Shown: positions 12,133 to 24,794 of the stretch, in pieces
Numbering within the stretch: the stretch's first letter is position 1
Layout of the letters: each line of letters opens with the position of its first letter
Origin: Balanoglossus misakiensis
Lineage: Eukaryota > Animalia > Hemichordata
Assembly (NCBI GenBank): GCA_040954595.2
Contig: CM082585.2
Span: 448,814 to 512,813, forward strand
Length of the DNA: 64,000 nucleotides
Reading direction: 5' to 3'
Translations under genes and position numbers: made by a program
The notes under the pieces: generated by a model
What the model was told of the DNA's origin: nothing
Database searches by the model: none
What the model saw: the letters and a program-made list of their open reading frames with translations, nothing else

Positions 12133-15100
12133 GATAGATAAATAGATGTTTATTTCACCAGGAAGATGCATTTGACATAACTGGTGCGGACCAGGGAAGT
12201 AGTTTTAGTGGAACTAGTCGTGTCCCTAAATACATACAAATCATTGAAACAATTAATATAATTGCCATTTCATATCACAGAACAATAGTTGGTAGTCAAA
12301 CAACGCGGTGACAAAATAAACAGGTTTATAACAGAGGTTAAATTAATCTATGCTCAATAGATACATTTTCAGAGAGCTTTTAAATAAATTCCTTGAATGA
12401 ATTGATTTTATTTGTGTAGGAATTTCATTCCAATGCTTGGCAATAGAATAGTATAAATTATTTTGAGATGAAGTAAGTTTTACTTTGGGAAGCATAAACT
12501 TATCAGTGGAGGCAAATCTTGTAGAATATTTGTGTGACACAAATGAAGCATAGCGATCTAGTGAGGGGGCATAATGCCTGCCTTTAGATCATACGCAAAA
12601 ACACAAGTTTGAAATTTACAGAGTTTGTAAACATTAAGAATTCCAAGTTGCTGAAAAAGTGGTGCACTATGTGTATTGGGGCTAGAAAATGTTATAAGTC
12701 TTACAAGTCACTTTTGCAATTTGAAAATACAATCTAAATAGGTTTTATATGCATTTCCCCATATTTCGATACAATACATTATATGGGGAAGGATAAGACA
12801 ATTGTATAATAATAAAATTATAGACTTAGGGAGATAATGGCGTACATATGAAATAATACCGATTTTTGGCGAACCTTCTTAAAAATAATGTTGATGTGAG
12901 ACTTCCAGGATAATGATGAGTCAAGAGTAACTCCAAGATAAACAGCAGATGAAACATTTTGTATTCGTAAATCAGAGACATATAAATCCCCTTCAGGCTT
13001 AAACTTCGCCTGGGCTGTTTTGAAAATAACATAGTTTGTTTTGTCAATATTAATAGTAAGTTTATTTGACTTACACCAGTTCTGTACTTTAGTTAGCTCA
13101 ACATTCAGAGTGGCAAGATCGATTTTGTCCTGCTTATCTGAACAAAATAAATTGGTATCGTCAGCAAATAACCTGAATTGATAATAGTCTGAGGATCTGC
13201 TGATATCATTTATATATACTAGAAAAAGAAGTAGACCTAGAATTGATCACTGTGGAATCCCACAGGAGATCCTTTTTGCTTTTGAAGTACAATTATAATA
13301 ATAATAATTTATTCAGTACCAATGGCCACCGGCCAAACTGTACAAAAAATCCAAGTATTACAGGTTTTTGACGCTAGTACGGTATAAAAAATAGATGCAC
13401 TGTCACAATTCTGGAGATGGAAATACAGACACATAATAAACTATACATGTATATTGTTCAAATTATCATGTCTACGTTTTGTTGCATAGAATATGTATCT
13501 GCTGAGATTACGAACAGTTTCTACTTTCTCTGAAGAGAGAAGTAGTGTGAATTTATACAGAACAGGGGGGTTGTGAAAATAGTCTGGAATATATTTGACT
13601 CTCAAATCAGAGTACTTTGGACAAACTAACAAAAAATGGAATTCGTCTTCGACATAATGAAGTACAATTATTGACCTTGACATACTGCTGTCGGTCTTAT
13701 ATATAAGTCTTAAACCAATTAAGTGTGGATCCCCTAATCCCATGGTGGCATAGCTCAGCTAACAAAGTTGTGTGGTTAATCGTATCAAATGCCTTTTTAA
13801 AATCAATAAAGATACCAAATGCAACAAGACCGTTATCAATGTGCTTTGATATTTTTGTTGTGAGATCTGCTAAAGCTAACTTAGTACTATCTTTCTTACG
13901 AAATCCATATTGGCTGTTAGTGAGAATATCAATTGTTTTCAAAAAAAGAACACAGTTGCTTATTTACAATAGACTCGTACAGCTTACTAATAAGGTTGGC
14001 AAGACAGAGATAGGTCTGTAATTTCCTATTTCATGAACACAACCCTTTTTAAAAATTGGTGTTACTCAGTGCCATTTTCAGTTTCTCTGGAAAAATACCC
14101 TGTGACAAAGAAATATTAACAATATGAGCAAATGGTTCTGTAATATAACCCGCTGCTTCCTTCCTTTTGGATATATTTCATCAAAACCAGCAGCTTTACA
14201 ATGGTCTAATAATTTAATTTCTCTGAGTATATCACCAGAATGCACAGGATGGAAAAAGAAAGAATTAAAATGACGAATACCAAGGTAATCATTGAAATTA
14301 GCGCTACAATGTATTTGTGATGCTAGATTTTGTCCAATGTTGACAAAAAAAATGAAAAGTGTCAACTATATCAATATTTTTAGTAACAAAATTCCCAGGG
14401 TTTTCGTCATCTTTTATTTTTTTGTGGAGCATTAACCTTTGAATTTTTGTTCAAGATTTCATTGATGACTTGCCATTTTTGTGGTCCTTCCCAGAGGTTA
14501 CAGACAGTTGCAATTTATCACAAAAATACTTCTTTTTTGCTCGTCGCATAAGTTTTGTTAACAGGTTGCGATAAAGTTTGTACTCTTGATGAATAGATGA
14601 GCTTGCAGAATGGCGTTTTGTTTTGGAGAACATATTATGCTTGTTTTTAATTGAGACCAGAAGTCATTTTTGATCCATGGTTTCCGTAAGCGCTTACGCT
14701 GGTTTGAACACCGTTCGACTGGCATGTGTCTTGTTGCCATATCATGAAACAATTGTAGACAGTATTATAGGCAACATTCGGATCATTAGAGTCGTAAACA
14801 TCCTGCCAAGAAATATTTGCAAAGTCATTTTTATATGAAACTGGATCAAATGAAGAAAAATCACACTTGAAATCAATTGTTTCAACAGTGAACACATGAC
14901 GTAAATCCTTAAAGATGGCAAAGATGGGATAATGGTCACTTATATCAGTTTGTACTGTCCCACTTTCAATGAACTGGTTACGAAAATTTACATGGCAATG
15001 ATCTATTAATGTGGAGGTGTGAGTAGTTGTCCTGTTCGGTACGTCCATGATTTGATAAAAATTATTACCACTAAGAGTAGCGATATATTCATTAAAGACA

Positions 15101-15482
15101 GTGTTATCGCCATCTATATTTATATTGAAATCCCCTTATAAAATGCATTTTTGTAGGTAATGCGTAGATTATCAAGACAATCTGATAAACTGGTTAAAAA
15201 ATCCTGAGTAGGTGTATTTGGTCTGCGATATATGACACCTATGATGACCTTGCTTTTTCAAGTAGGATTTCAACAAAGAGACATTCGCAATGTTGGAGAA
15301 CAACTAAGTCTATTATAGGTATAGTATGATAATGACTCGTGTAAATAGAGACCAACACCTCCTCCTCTGGAAACAGCTCTACATTTATGAACAAAGTTGT
15401 ACGAAGGGAGGTTATATAATGATGCATCAACACCTGGGTCTAGCCATGTTTCACTGAGGGCAATGACAGAAAATTCATCAAA
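12133..15482 (-). mobile_element. CR1/L2-group LINE, ORF2 (APE endonuclease + RT) pseudogene and 3' tail
   Basis: FDEFSVIALSETWL, TLIDH, SDHYPIF, KPWI, YRPISVLP, SQYGFRK, GIFIDFKKAFDTINH, SILGLLLF..YINDI, LFADDT; AATAAA plus ATCT-like tail; many frameshifts. Confidence 0.92.
13297..13657 (-). mobile_element. Left-arm-only 5'-truncated RTE-X-like LINE insertion
   Basis: VEDEFHFLLVCPKYSDLRVKYIP; AATAAA plus (TTA)n tail; 14-bp TSD TGAAGTACAATTAT (13283-13296, 13658-13671); empty site in the right arm at ~31357-31370. Confidence 0.93.
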
Positions 15483-15732
15483 TAGTGCAGGAGCTTAACC
15501 CCACATTTTGGCATAATTGTGCACTTTGGGTTAAAAGCATAAAACTTGGTACACTTATGCATTGACCCATGGCGGCCATTTTCTGATATGGATCCAAAAT
15601 GACAGCGCCCTCTAGTGGCCAGAAACAGACATTCATACTTAAAAATTGTGCACTTTGGGTTAAAAGCATGAAATTTGGTACAATTATTCATTGACCCATG
15701 GCGGACATTTTCCAATATGGATCCCAAAAGAC
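15483..15732. mobile_element. Isolated 'R' terminus of the Academ-like element (about two 129-bp units)
   Basis: Starts TAGTGCAGGAGCTTAAC; reverse complement of ~21017-21266; flanked by AAA (TTT on the LINE strand). Confidence 0.88.
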
Positions 15733-15909
15733 CCCTAACCCAACTCAGTCGAGTTTTTTCGGCTTTTCGAAGTTCAGTCGAAGGCTTATCTTGATGTGGA
15801 CAAATAGTCTTTCACACCTTTGTAAATCCTCTGCCTGCAATGTGAAACAAGGCTTCCTTTGCTTTGACCGTGTACACTTAGGGCAACTTCTCGGGCACGC
15901 AGCCTTTTA

Positions 15910-16708
15910 GGCTGCATTCACAAACACCTCTGGAGGGGGGCGGGGGAGAATTCATTTTTTTTTACCGCTAATTTTCACATGCGCCCTTCTGAACTGCCAA
16001 TATTTTCAAATCCCCCCCTTCCGAACTGCCAAAATTTTGAAATCCCCCCCCCCCCCATTTTCTTTCACAGAGCAAAACACATCACCTATCTATCTTGTAA
16101 AAAGAAAAACAGCGCTCCCATGAAAAGAATTTGAAACTGATGTTTCCCCTCATCAGTGGGTATTAAAACTGAACATTGTTTTAATTTTTTAAGTACATAT
16201 ATTTGTGTTCTGTGTTGGGAGACATTGTAAACCGAGAATTGAAGGGGGTGGGTTTGGGAGGGGGTGTCCCACTCCCACGTAAGAAATTTTTTTAAAATAC
16301 AGAGCTCAAAGCTGCATTTTAATGAACCCGGCAAAAGCAAATTAACTCAACTACCGGTATGTTGGGGAGGACAAATTTAACCGTCGCCGCTCAAAGTTAT
16401 CATGGGGTGGGGGCAAGTACCCTGACCTGGGACACTAGATAAACCAGTCAATGATTGAAAGGTGTTGGTGAATTGAGGGGGTGGGTGTGGGAGGGGGTGT
16501 CCCATTAGAAAATTTTGTAAAATAAAGGGCACGAAACTGCATTTTTGTGGACTCAAAATAAATATTTAGTCGTTAAAGTTTTCAAGTCCCCCCCTTTCAG
16601 TCCCTAAATTATTTCAAATCCCCCCTTACATACCCTCAATTTTTTCAAATCCCCCCCCCCTCAATTCTCCTGCCCCCCCCCCCTCCAGAGGTGTTTGTGA
16701 ATGCAGCC
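15910..16708. mobile_element. PIF/Harbinger-type MITE
   Basis: ~30-bp TIR GGCTGCATTCACAAACACCTCTGGAGGGGG, TTA TSD, G/C-run subterminal repeats. Confidence 0.88.
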
Positions 16709-17873
16709 TTATACCACCTTCCAGGCGCATTGCTGTACATATTTTCTACAATAATTTATTCAGAATGATTGTCCACTGTTCTCCACTGTCTATTGTTTTA
16801 GTTTCTCCCCGAATTATCACCTCCGAATTATTCATGCAGACCAAGTCAGTGCAGAGATTATGTAATCCAGGGCTGGTGAATTGTCCATGCGCAGTTATTC
16901 ACACTGGTGTTGTGTCATAGCAGAGTTCATTTTGTCAAAGCCGTTCGATGCTAAGATGTGTTACTAACTGTCTAACCACCTCAGACAAGTAGACGTGCAG
17001 CAAATCCTAACTAACCTTTAACCACCACACAAAAACAACACTGGACACACAAGACAACACACAACACTATAGACACTTTGTGACAACAGCAAATGTTCTA
17101 TACTGGATATATTCTGACAGAGGTTTCGTATTTTACTTATATACACTAGAATATGCTGCAGAGTATGTATCGTGACAACTCTTTTGAGAAAAAAAAAAGA
17201 ACAGCAAATTTTGTTACGTGACAAATTATGAAACTTTAACACTTTGTTGTAGTAATCCAAACCCAAAGAACCTATGGCTAAGGCAGCCAAGTAAAAGTCT
17301 AATCCATTTCGAATAAATATATTTTGTTATTTGACGTTATTTTGACCTAAATCGAACTTCAGCTAGGACTGGCGACTGTGTGATTTTGATCGGGTACCGA
17401 ATGTTGTATTCGACATCGACAGCTGACGACATGGTTTGCCACTAAACAACCTGATGATACATTTCATTCGTCCGTTTATACAGATTAATATTCTACAAAC
17501 CGCGAAACCTTCTCTTTTACCATCATATTTCCCGAATTGTACTTATACAGTTATTTATGAACAATTCCAGTTTACGACACATGGTGAAAAGATAAAATAC
17601 TATTATTTTCGGTTATATATAACACACATGATTAACATATAAACAAATTAACATCTAACTTTCTAGGATGAAAGATTAACGTAATCGATAAGATTATATC
17701 TTTCATCTACATGTATGTATGTTTCAAAAGTTTCCCATTTGTGAGAAAATCTAAAATTTTCTGATTTTTTTTTACGTATTTACATTTCCAACCAAATGTC
17801 GATGATGTCTGAATAACACAAATTTTACACCAGCATGTCAAAAAACTTGGTAATATTAGTACACAACTGTGTA

Positions 17874-19743
17874 TCAGTGTATCTGGAACTGTAAGAAAGT
17901 CCAGAGATTCTTTGTCTGGTACTCAAATTTCAACCGTTTATTGACTTTCTTATCAGTAGAGTACAGATAGTTTTTTATGTATTTTGAAATGCTTTCAATT
18001 TCTTTACGAAGTGTCCACCCAGCCAAGTAGCGTATTTTTCCTCTGCCATCACCCCCGATTTCTTCTATATGTACGATATTTTGCGTCGCCTCAAGACTTC
18101 TTTTTTCTGCACGGGAAATAAGACAGTGCATCTGCGAGATCATTAATCTACAATGTTAGTTAGTAAGGTGAAGTATTCATCTTTCATACTGGTGATAGGG
18201 ATACCAAAAAGGGATGCACCCTCTTCGATAAGCTGTGTTCGTTGCAGATATCGTGCAGTAAGCCAGCCATGCATGTTCTTGAAATCTGCTAGTATAAGCT
18301 TTACTTCTTCATTTTCTTCAATTCCTTTCTTTGTAGTACAAAATATCTTCAGCCATTGTATCTTTAGAAATAAAATAAACAGCTCTGGCATATCTTCTAA
18401 TTTGTCAATCAGACAGTTCAAACGCCCGGACAGTGAATCTTCCACTTCAGCAAATGGAGAAACATCTTTAAGTTCATGTAGGAATGTGTCTGCACTGGAG
18501 TCATGTGGGAGTTCTTCTAGCTCTCTGTGGCTTTTATCCATAAATGTCCCTCAAATCTATGGTAGTCTTGTCACTATCATCCGTGTCATATGTTGATTGT
18601 ACATATGCCTCTCCATCATCATTTCTTATCATCTGGATATCTTCACTGAATACCATGTCACACTCTACGTCTTTGCTGCAACAGGCAATATCTTCTGGCG
18701 TTTCTTGACCCTGAATGCATAGTATTTCATAGAAAGAAGATACTAGACTGTTGACTGGAAGCATCCTCTGTGGGGTAAAACTAAACAAGAGAACTGTATC
18801 TTTTGATTTTGCCCGTGAAAGTGATACATATAATTGCCCTGGAACAAATTCGTTGCCTGCGTGTATGGCAACATTCTTGATCGTTTGTCCCTGACATTTA
18901 TGTGCTATCATTGCCCAGCACAGCTTCAAATGGATTTGGCAGCGCCTTCCAATCCCAACTCCCTGGTCGTTTTAAAAGTCCACGTTTGACGATGTACAGA
19001 CACCTATATCAGTCTATCCTCAAATGCTACAACAGGATTTCCATTTTCATCTATTCCTTTGAAAATGCCAGTGCTTCCATTGTGAAGGCTGTCACTGAGA
19101 ATGTATACCAGCATCACAAGAGCACCAACCTTTAGTAAGAGCTTGTTTGGTGCAATGGCACGCCTTTCCACTTGATGCACGTCCCCTTTATCAACTGCCT
19201 GGAAAACATGGCATTGTCCTGTTAACTTATCAAGCTGACACATGTTGTGGAGGTTCACATCTGCATTATGAAAGTAGATGTGGGTTTGGTTTTCTGGGTT
19301 CAGCAGAGGCCGCTTCAAGGTGTTGAGGAAATCCAATGTACGAGGACTGCATTGACCGAGGCGGACACCATTCAAAGCTGGGAGGAACTCTTGCTGATTG
19401 TGTTGCTGTCTATAGATAGTTTTGAGGACAATGATGTGTCTGAAGGTTGTTTCCCATAATGGGGACTGGAATGGGTATTCTCCATCATCCACGTGGCTTG
19501 GTACTGGTGGTAATTGATGGAAGTCTCCAATTGCAATCACTTGGATACCACCAAACGATTGCTTGCCTTCTCTGCCCACTTTACTTAATATAGCAATGAC
19601 ACTGAACAGACGAGCACTTTCCATAAAATTCATCAATTATGAGTACATCAATTCTCTCAACTGTGTCGCAACATTCTCCTTTGCATTTTTGAGAATGTAT
19701 TGAATTGCATGGTCAGCCAGCCCAATAAAAAACACTGTGAATT
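17874..19743 (-). pseudogene. PIF1-family helicase, C-terminal part plus long C-terminal extension (frameshifted)
   Basis: IHS, DVLIIDE, FGGIQVIAIGDFHQLPPV, LKTIYRQ, LKVGALVML..LHNGSTG, KLCWAMIAHKCQGQT, GQLYVSLSRA; extension includes GRGKIRYLAGWTLRK. Confidence 0.92.
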
Positions 19744-20103
19744 GAAAATCTGACACCAGGACGAAGATCTTTATTCACAAAGTAAATGCCAGAAGAAATG
19801 AATATGGATGGAAATACTTGTGGACGCAATATGGAAAAATCCTGACAAAGAAAGTCGACAGGTCACCAACTGTCTACATTCCGAATGAGGAAAGTCTCGC
19901 CAAAATCTGCTAGGCGTCCTTTAACTACTACATCATAGTGTACAAGCAAACTCATCATCGGCGAAACCACAGACCACTTCTTGCAAAATAACTATAATTG
20001 TAAGTCTTATACTTTGGACGAATTTAATGCAAACGATTCCCTTCTAACACAGCAGTCATTTTCAACTCTTCATTTGAATAATAGATCGATCAGATGTCGC
20101 TTT
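19744..20103 (+). mobile_element. 5' part of the same CR1/L2 LINE (ORF1 C-terminus and ORF2 start), now inverted
   Basis: ENLTPGRRSLF..VNARRNEYGWKYLWTQYGKILTKK...EESLAKIC* then NCKSYTLDEFN...FSTLHLNNRSIRCRF, which joins in frame to DEFSVIALSETWL of the 3' part. Confidence 0.85.
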
Positions 20104-21266
20104 TAGTGGGGCAGTTAACAAAAAATTGTGCACTTTGGGTTAAAAGCATGAAACTTGGTACACTTATGCATTGACCCATGGCGGCCATTTTCTGATATGG
20201 ATCCAAAATGACAGCACCCTCTATTGGCCAGAAACAGACATTCATACTTAAAAACCGTGCACTTCGGGTTAAAAGCCTGAAACTTGGTACACTTATGCAT
20301 TGACCCATGGCGGCCATTTTATGATATGGATCCAAAATGACAGCGCCCTCTTGTGGCCAGAAACTGACATTCACACTTTCCCCCCATTAATGGCACTTTT
20401 TGGTCATTTGTAACACTCAGAAACAGGAATGTGGGTTGTAAAACATGCTTGCTACCATACATTCATGTGTATATTATCCTAATCCTGATATACATGTATC
20501 AGATCAATCTTGATTACATCTTCCTTCACAGTAACAATGACCACTGCTGTCAGACTAGACCTAAAGCACCTACAGAAACATGTGCATGACTTTTGGCCAC
20601 TGATTTCCTGAGGTTGACTCTTTTCTTGGGCTTGACTAAGAGTTGCCCAACTTGATTTCCACTGGGATTCTGTTGGTTTGATATAACTTTGCTAGGTTTT
20701 TCACAGCACATGTTCTTTAGGAGCTGCCTGTATTCTCGAGAACCCTTGACTTTCTGGAGAAGAGGTGTTGTATTACCCGTTTGCATGACTTTGTGTATTG
20801 AACTGGTTGTTATTTCGAAGAACAAATTGGTCAATTAGTAACATACAAGATTGATCTGATGCATGTACATCAGGATTAGGATACTATTCAAAGGAATGTA
20901 TGGCAGCAAGCATGTTTTACAACCCACATGTCTGTCTCTGAGTGTTAAACTTGCCCAAAAAGTGTCATTAATGGGGGAAAAGTGTAAATGTCAGTTTCTA
21001 GCCACTAGAGGGCGCTGTCTTTTGGGATCCATATTGGAAAATGTCCGCCATGGGTCAATGAATAATTGTACCAAATTTCATGCTTTTAACCCAAAGTGTA
21101 CAATTTTTAAGTATGAATGTCTGTTTCTGGCCACTAGAGGGCGCTGTCATTTTGGATCCATATCAGAAAATGGCCGCCATGGGTCAATGCATAAGTGTAC
21201 CAAGTTTTATGCTTTTAACCCAAAGTGCACAATTATGCCAAAATGTGGGGTTAAGCTCCTGCACTA
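20104..21266. mobile_element. Academ-like non-autonomous element with ~410-bp imperfect TIRs built from 129-bp repeats
   Basis: Termini TAGTGGGGCAGTTAAC ... GTTAAGCTCCTGCACTA; inverted arms ~20104-20513 and ~20846-21266; original TSD TTT reconstructed from the split LINE. Confidence 0.8.
21001..21146 (+). promoter_or_regulatory. Tandem CTCF-like motifs (GCCACTAGAGGGCGCTG) in the 129-bp units
   Basis: Close match to the CTCF core consensus CCASYAGRKGGCRS at ~21002 and ~21131; copies also at ~15603, 20341, 23274, 23403, 24049, 28912, 29153, 29282, 29410. Sequence match only. Confidence 0.55.
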
Positions 21267-21280
21267 CATGGGACCTTTAA

Positions 21281-23153
21281 GTGTTCATGCAAAGTTTTGC
21301 ATAATGCTGTCCACTATAGACTGGTTAAACATTGACGCAAGGGTTGACCTTATAGAACTCTCAATTATGGTTTGTGTTGCGTGTTAATAAAAAGATGGGT
21401 ACTGTACACTGTGACCTAGCTGGTTAAAGTTAAACATTGACACAACAGTTGCCCATATAGCATGTACAGTGTATAGATTGTTCATGCACAGACAAAGAGA
21501 AAAACAGACTAGCAACGCTATTGTCAAAAGGTGTGAAGTACATCTCCTAATCCCCTATGCGTGTCTCAGCTCGCCTTCAAGGTGCAGCTTGTCTCCGAAG
21601 TTTTCCGAACGTATCCACTTCGGCAATGTCCGGAATTTTCCCGATAATAAAACGAAAGTGTTTTTGTGAAAGTTCGTGTTGTCGTTTTCAGTCAGCTGTA
21701 GACGGAAGGCGAGTGGACAGTGAAAATTGGAGGAAGTTTGAGCATCGGAGCGATGAGTTTTACCATTTAATAAAAACTTATGAATATATAATAAGTGTGT
21801 TTGATCGTAAATTTTAAAAGGTTTAATCATCCATCTCGATTTTTTTGGAATGGATTCCTGTTCGCCGAATCGTGTTCTGTAAATTTGCATGGGTTGTAGA
21901 TGCAAATTTTACTTCTAACGTGTAAATCAAATGTAAATCGTGGTCGTCGTGAAGTAGTGTTTCAGTCGAGTCCTGAGTGCAAAGCTGTGTCAGGCAAGGT
22001 ACTGCAGCTGTCGATAATGACGCAACCGCAAAGTATTCTGGGAAGTCTCCGCGGTGTCTAACCCATTTGACACATTTGAAGCCTATTGTTTCCCCTTGTT
22101 TGCCGAGGTGAACAAGACATCAAAGGAACATGCCGCGTTGCTAGTCTGTTTTTTCTCTTTGTCTGTGGTTCATGCAAAGTCTTGCATAATGCTGTCCACT
22201 ATGGACTGGTTAAACATTGACGCAAGGGTTGACCTTATAGAACTCTCAAATATGGTTTATGTTGCGTGTTAATAAAAAGATGGGTACTGTACACTGTGAC
22301 CTGGTTAAACTTAAACATTGACACAACAGTTGCCCATATAGCATGTACAGTGTATAGAGTGTTCATGCAAAGTCTTGCATAATGCTGTCCACTATGGACT
22401 GGTTAAACATTGATTGATGCAAGGGTTGACCTTAGAGAACTCTCAAATATGGGTTGTGTTGAGTGTTAATAAAAAGATGGGTACTGTACACTGTGACCTG
22501 GTTGAACATTGACACAACAGTTGCCCATATAGCATGTATGGTGTATTGAGTGTTCATGCAAAGTTTTGCATAATACGTCCTCTATGGACATGGTTAAACA
22601 TTGACGCAAAGGGTGACCATATAGAACTCTCAAATATGGGTTGTGTTGAGTGTTAATAAAAAGATGGGTACTGTACACTGTGACCTGGTTAAACATTGAC
22701 ACAACAGTTGCCCACATAGCATGTACAGTGTATTGAGTGTTCACGCAAAGTTTTGCATAATACTGTCCACTATGGACTGGTTAAACATTGACGCAAGGGT
22801 CGACCATATAGAACTCTCAAATATGGGTTGTGTTGAGTGTTAATAAAAAGATGGGTACTGTACACTGTGACCTGGTTAAACATTGACACAACAGTTGCCC
22901 ATATAGCATGTACAGTGTATATAGTGTTCATGCAAAGTCTTGCATAATGCTGTCCACTATGGACTGGTTAAATATTGACGCAAGGGTCGACCATATAGAA
23001 CTCTCAAATATGGGTTGTGTTGAGTGTTAATAAAAAGATGGGTACTGTACACTGTGACCTGGTTAAACATTGACACAACAGTTGCCTATATAGCATGTAC
23101 AGTGTATAGAGTGTTCATGCAAAGTCTTGCATAATGCTGTCCACTATGGACTG
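21281..23153. repeat. 187-bp tandem repeat (about 6 units) forming the palindrome spacer
   Basis: gtgttcatgcaaag recurs at 22924 and 23111 (period 187); cgaccatata recurs at 22801 and 22988. Confidence 0.95.
21487..22167. mobile_element. P-superfamily-like MITE inserted in the spacer repeat
   Basis: ~32-bp TIR CACAGACAAAGAGAAAAACAGACTAGCAACGC; 7-bp TSD GTTCATG (21480-21486, 22168-22174). Confidence 0.85.
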
Positions 23154-24432
23154 TAGTGCAGGAGCTTAACCCCACATTTTGGCATAATTGTGCACTTTGG
23201 GTTAAAAGCATAAAACTTGGTACACTTATTCATTGACCCATGGCGGACATTTTCCAATATGGATCCCAAAAGACAGCGCCCTCTAGTGGCTAGAAACTGA
23301 CATTCATACTTAAAAATTGTGCACTTTGGGTTAAAAGCATGAAATTTGGTACAATTATTCATTGACCCATGGCGGACATTTTCCAATATGGATCCCAAAA
23401 GACAGCGCCCTCTAGTGGCTAGAAACTGACATTTACACTTTTCCCCCCATTAATGACACTTTTTGGGCAAGTTTAACACACACAATGTGGGTTGTAAAAC
23501 ATGCTTGCTGCCATACATTCCTTTGAATAGTATCCTAATCCTGATGTACATGCATCAGATCAATCTTGTATGTTACTAATTGAACGATTTGTTCTTCGAA
23601 ATAACAACCAGTTCAATACACAAAGTCATGCAAAGGGGTAATACAACACCTCTTCTCCAGAAAGTCAAGGGTTCTCGAGAATACAGGCAGCTCCTAAAGA
23701 ACATGTGCTGTGAGAAACCTAGCAAAGTTTTATCAAACCAACAGAATCCCAGTGGAAATCAAGTTGGACAACTCTTAGTCAAGCCCAAGAAAAGAGTCAA
23801 CCTCAGGAAATCAGTGGCCAAAAGTCATGCACATGTAGGTGCTTTAGGTCTAGTCTGACAGCAGTGGTCATTGTTACTGTGAAGGAAGATGTAATCAAGA
23901 TTGATCTGATACATGTATATCAGGATTAGGATAATTTACACATGAATGTATGGTAGCAAGCATGTTTTACAACCCACATTCCTGTTTCTGAGTGTTACAA
24001 ATGACCAAAAAGTGCCATTAATGGGGGAAAGTGTGAATGTCAGTTTCTGGCCACAAGAGGGCGCTGTCATTTTGGATCCATATCATAAAATGGCCGCCAT
24101 GGGTCAATGCATAAGTGTACCAAGTTTCAGGCTTTTAACCCGAAGTGCACGGTTTTTAAGTATGAATGTCTGTTTCTGGCCAATATAGGGTGCTGTCATT
24201 TTGGATCCATATCATAAAATGGCCGCCATGGGTCAATGCATAAGTGTACCAAGTTTCAGGCTTTTAACCCGAAGTGCACGGTTTTTAAGTATGAATGTCT
24301 GTTTCTGGCCAATATAGGGTGCTGTCATTTTGGATCCATATCATAAAATGGCCGCCATGGGTCAATGCATAAGTGTACCAAGTTTCATGCTTTTAACCCA
24401 AAGTGCACAATTTTTTGTTAACTGCCCCACTA
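23154..24432. mobile_element. Academ-like element, right-arm copy with one extra 129-bp unit
   Basis: TAGTGCAGG...CCCCACTA; three units at ~24040-24415 versus two in the left arm. Confidence 0.8.
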
Positions 24433-24794
24433 AAAGCGACATCTGATCGATCTATTATTCAAATGAAGAGTTGAAAATGACTGCAGTGTTAGAAGGGAAT
24501 CGTTTGCATTAAATTCGTCCAAAGTATAAGACTTACAATTATAGTTATTTTGCAAGAAGTGGTCTGTGGTTTCGCCGATGATGAGTTTGCTTGTACACTA
24601 TGATGTAGTAGTTAAAGGACGCCTAGCAGATTTTGGCGAGACTTTCCTCATTCGGAATGTAGACAGTTGGTGACCTGTCGACTTTCTTTGTCAGGATTTT
24701 TCCATATTGCGTCCACAAGTATTTCCATCCATATTCATTTCTTCTGGCATTTACCTTTGTGAATAAAGATCTTCGTCCTGGTGTCAGATTTTCA
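24433..24794 (-). mobile_element. 5' part of CR1/L2 LINE (mirror of 19744-20103)
   Basis: Reverse complement of the ORF1 C-terminus / ORF2 start. Confidence 0.85.

Larger units (their letters stand above)
1..21266. repeat. Left arm of giant inverted duplication (palindrome); continues beyond window start
   Basis: Position 1 (ccctagacat) pairs with 45029. ORFs mirror throughout, e.g. 3..266/44764..45027, 6538..7473/37394..38329, 19004..19636/24902..25534. Confidence 0.98.

Noticed and set aside
15730-15745. Telomere-like CCCTAACCC at the inversion breakpoint
   Set aside because: Only about 1.5 units, compatible with chance.
15483-21266. Apparent 5.8-kb TIR transposon carrying PIF1 as its own gene
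   Set aside because: Both ends are the same R terminus, the flanks (aaa/cat) do not form a TSD, and the PIF1 N-part lies outside. The unit is a product of the inversion, though it could act as a composite.
21281-23153. CRISPR-like array
   Set aside because: Whole 187-bp units repeat with no unique spacers and no cas genes; eukaryotic context.
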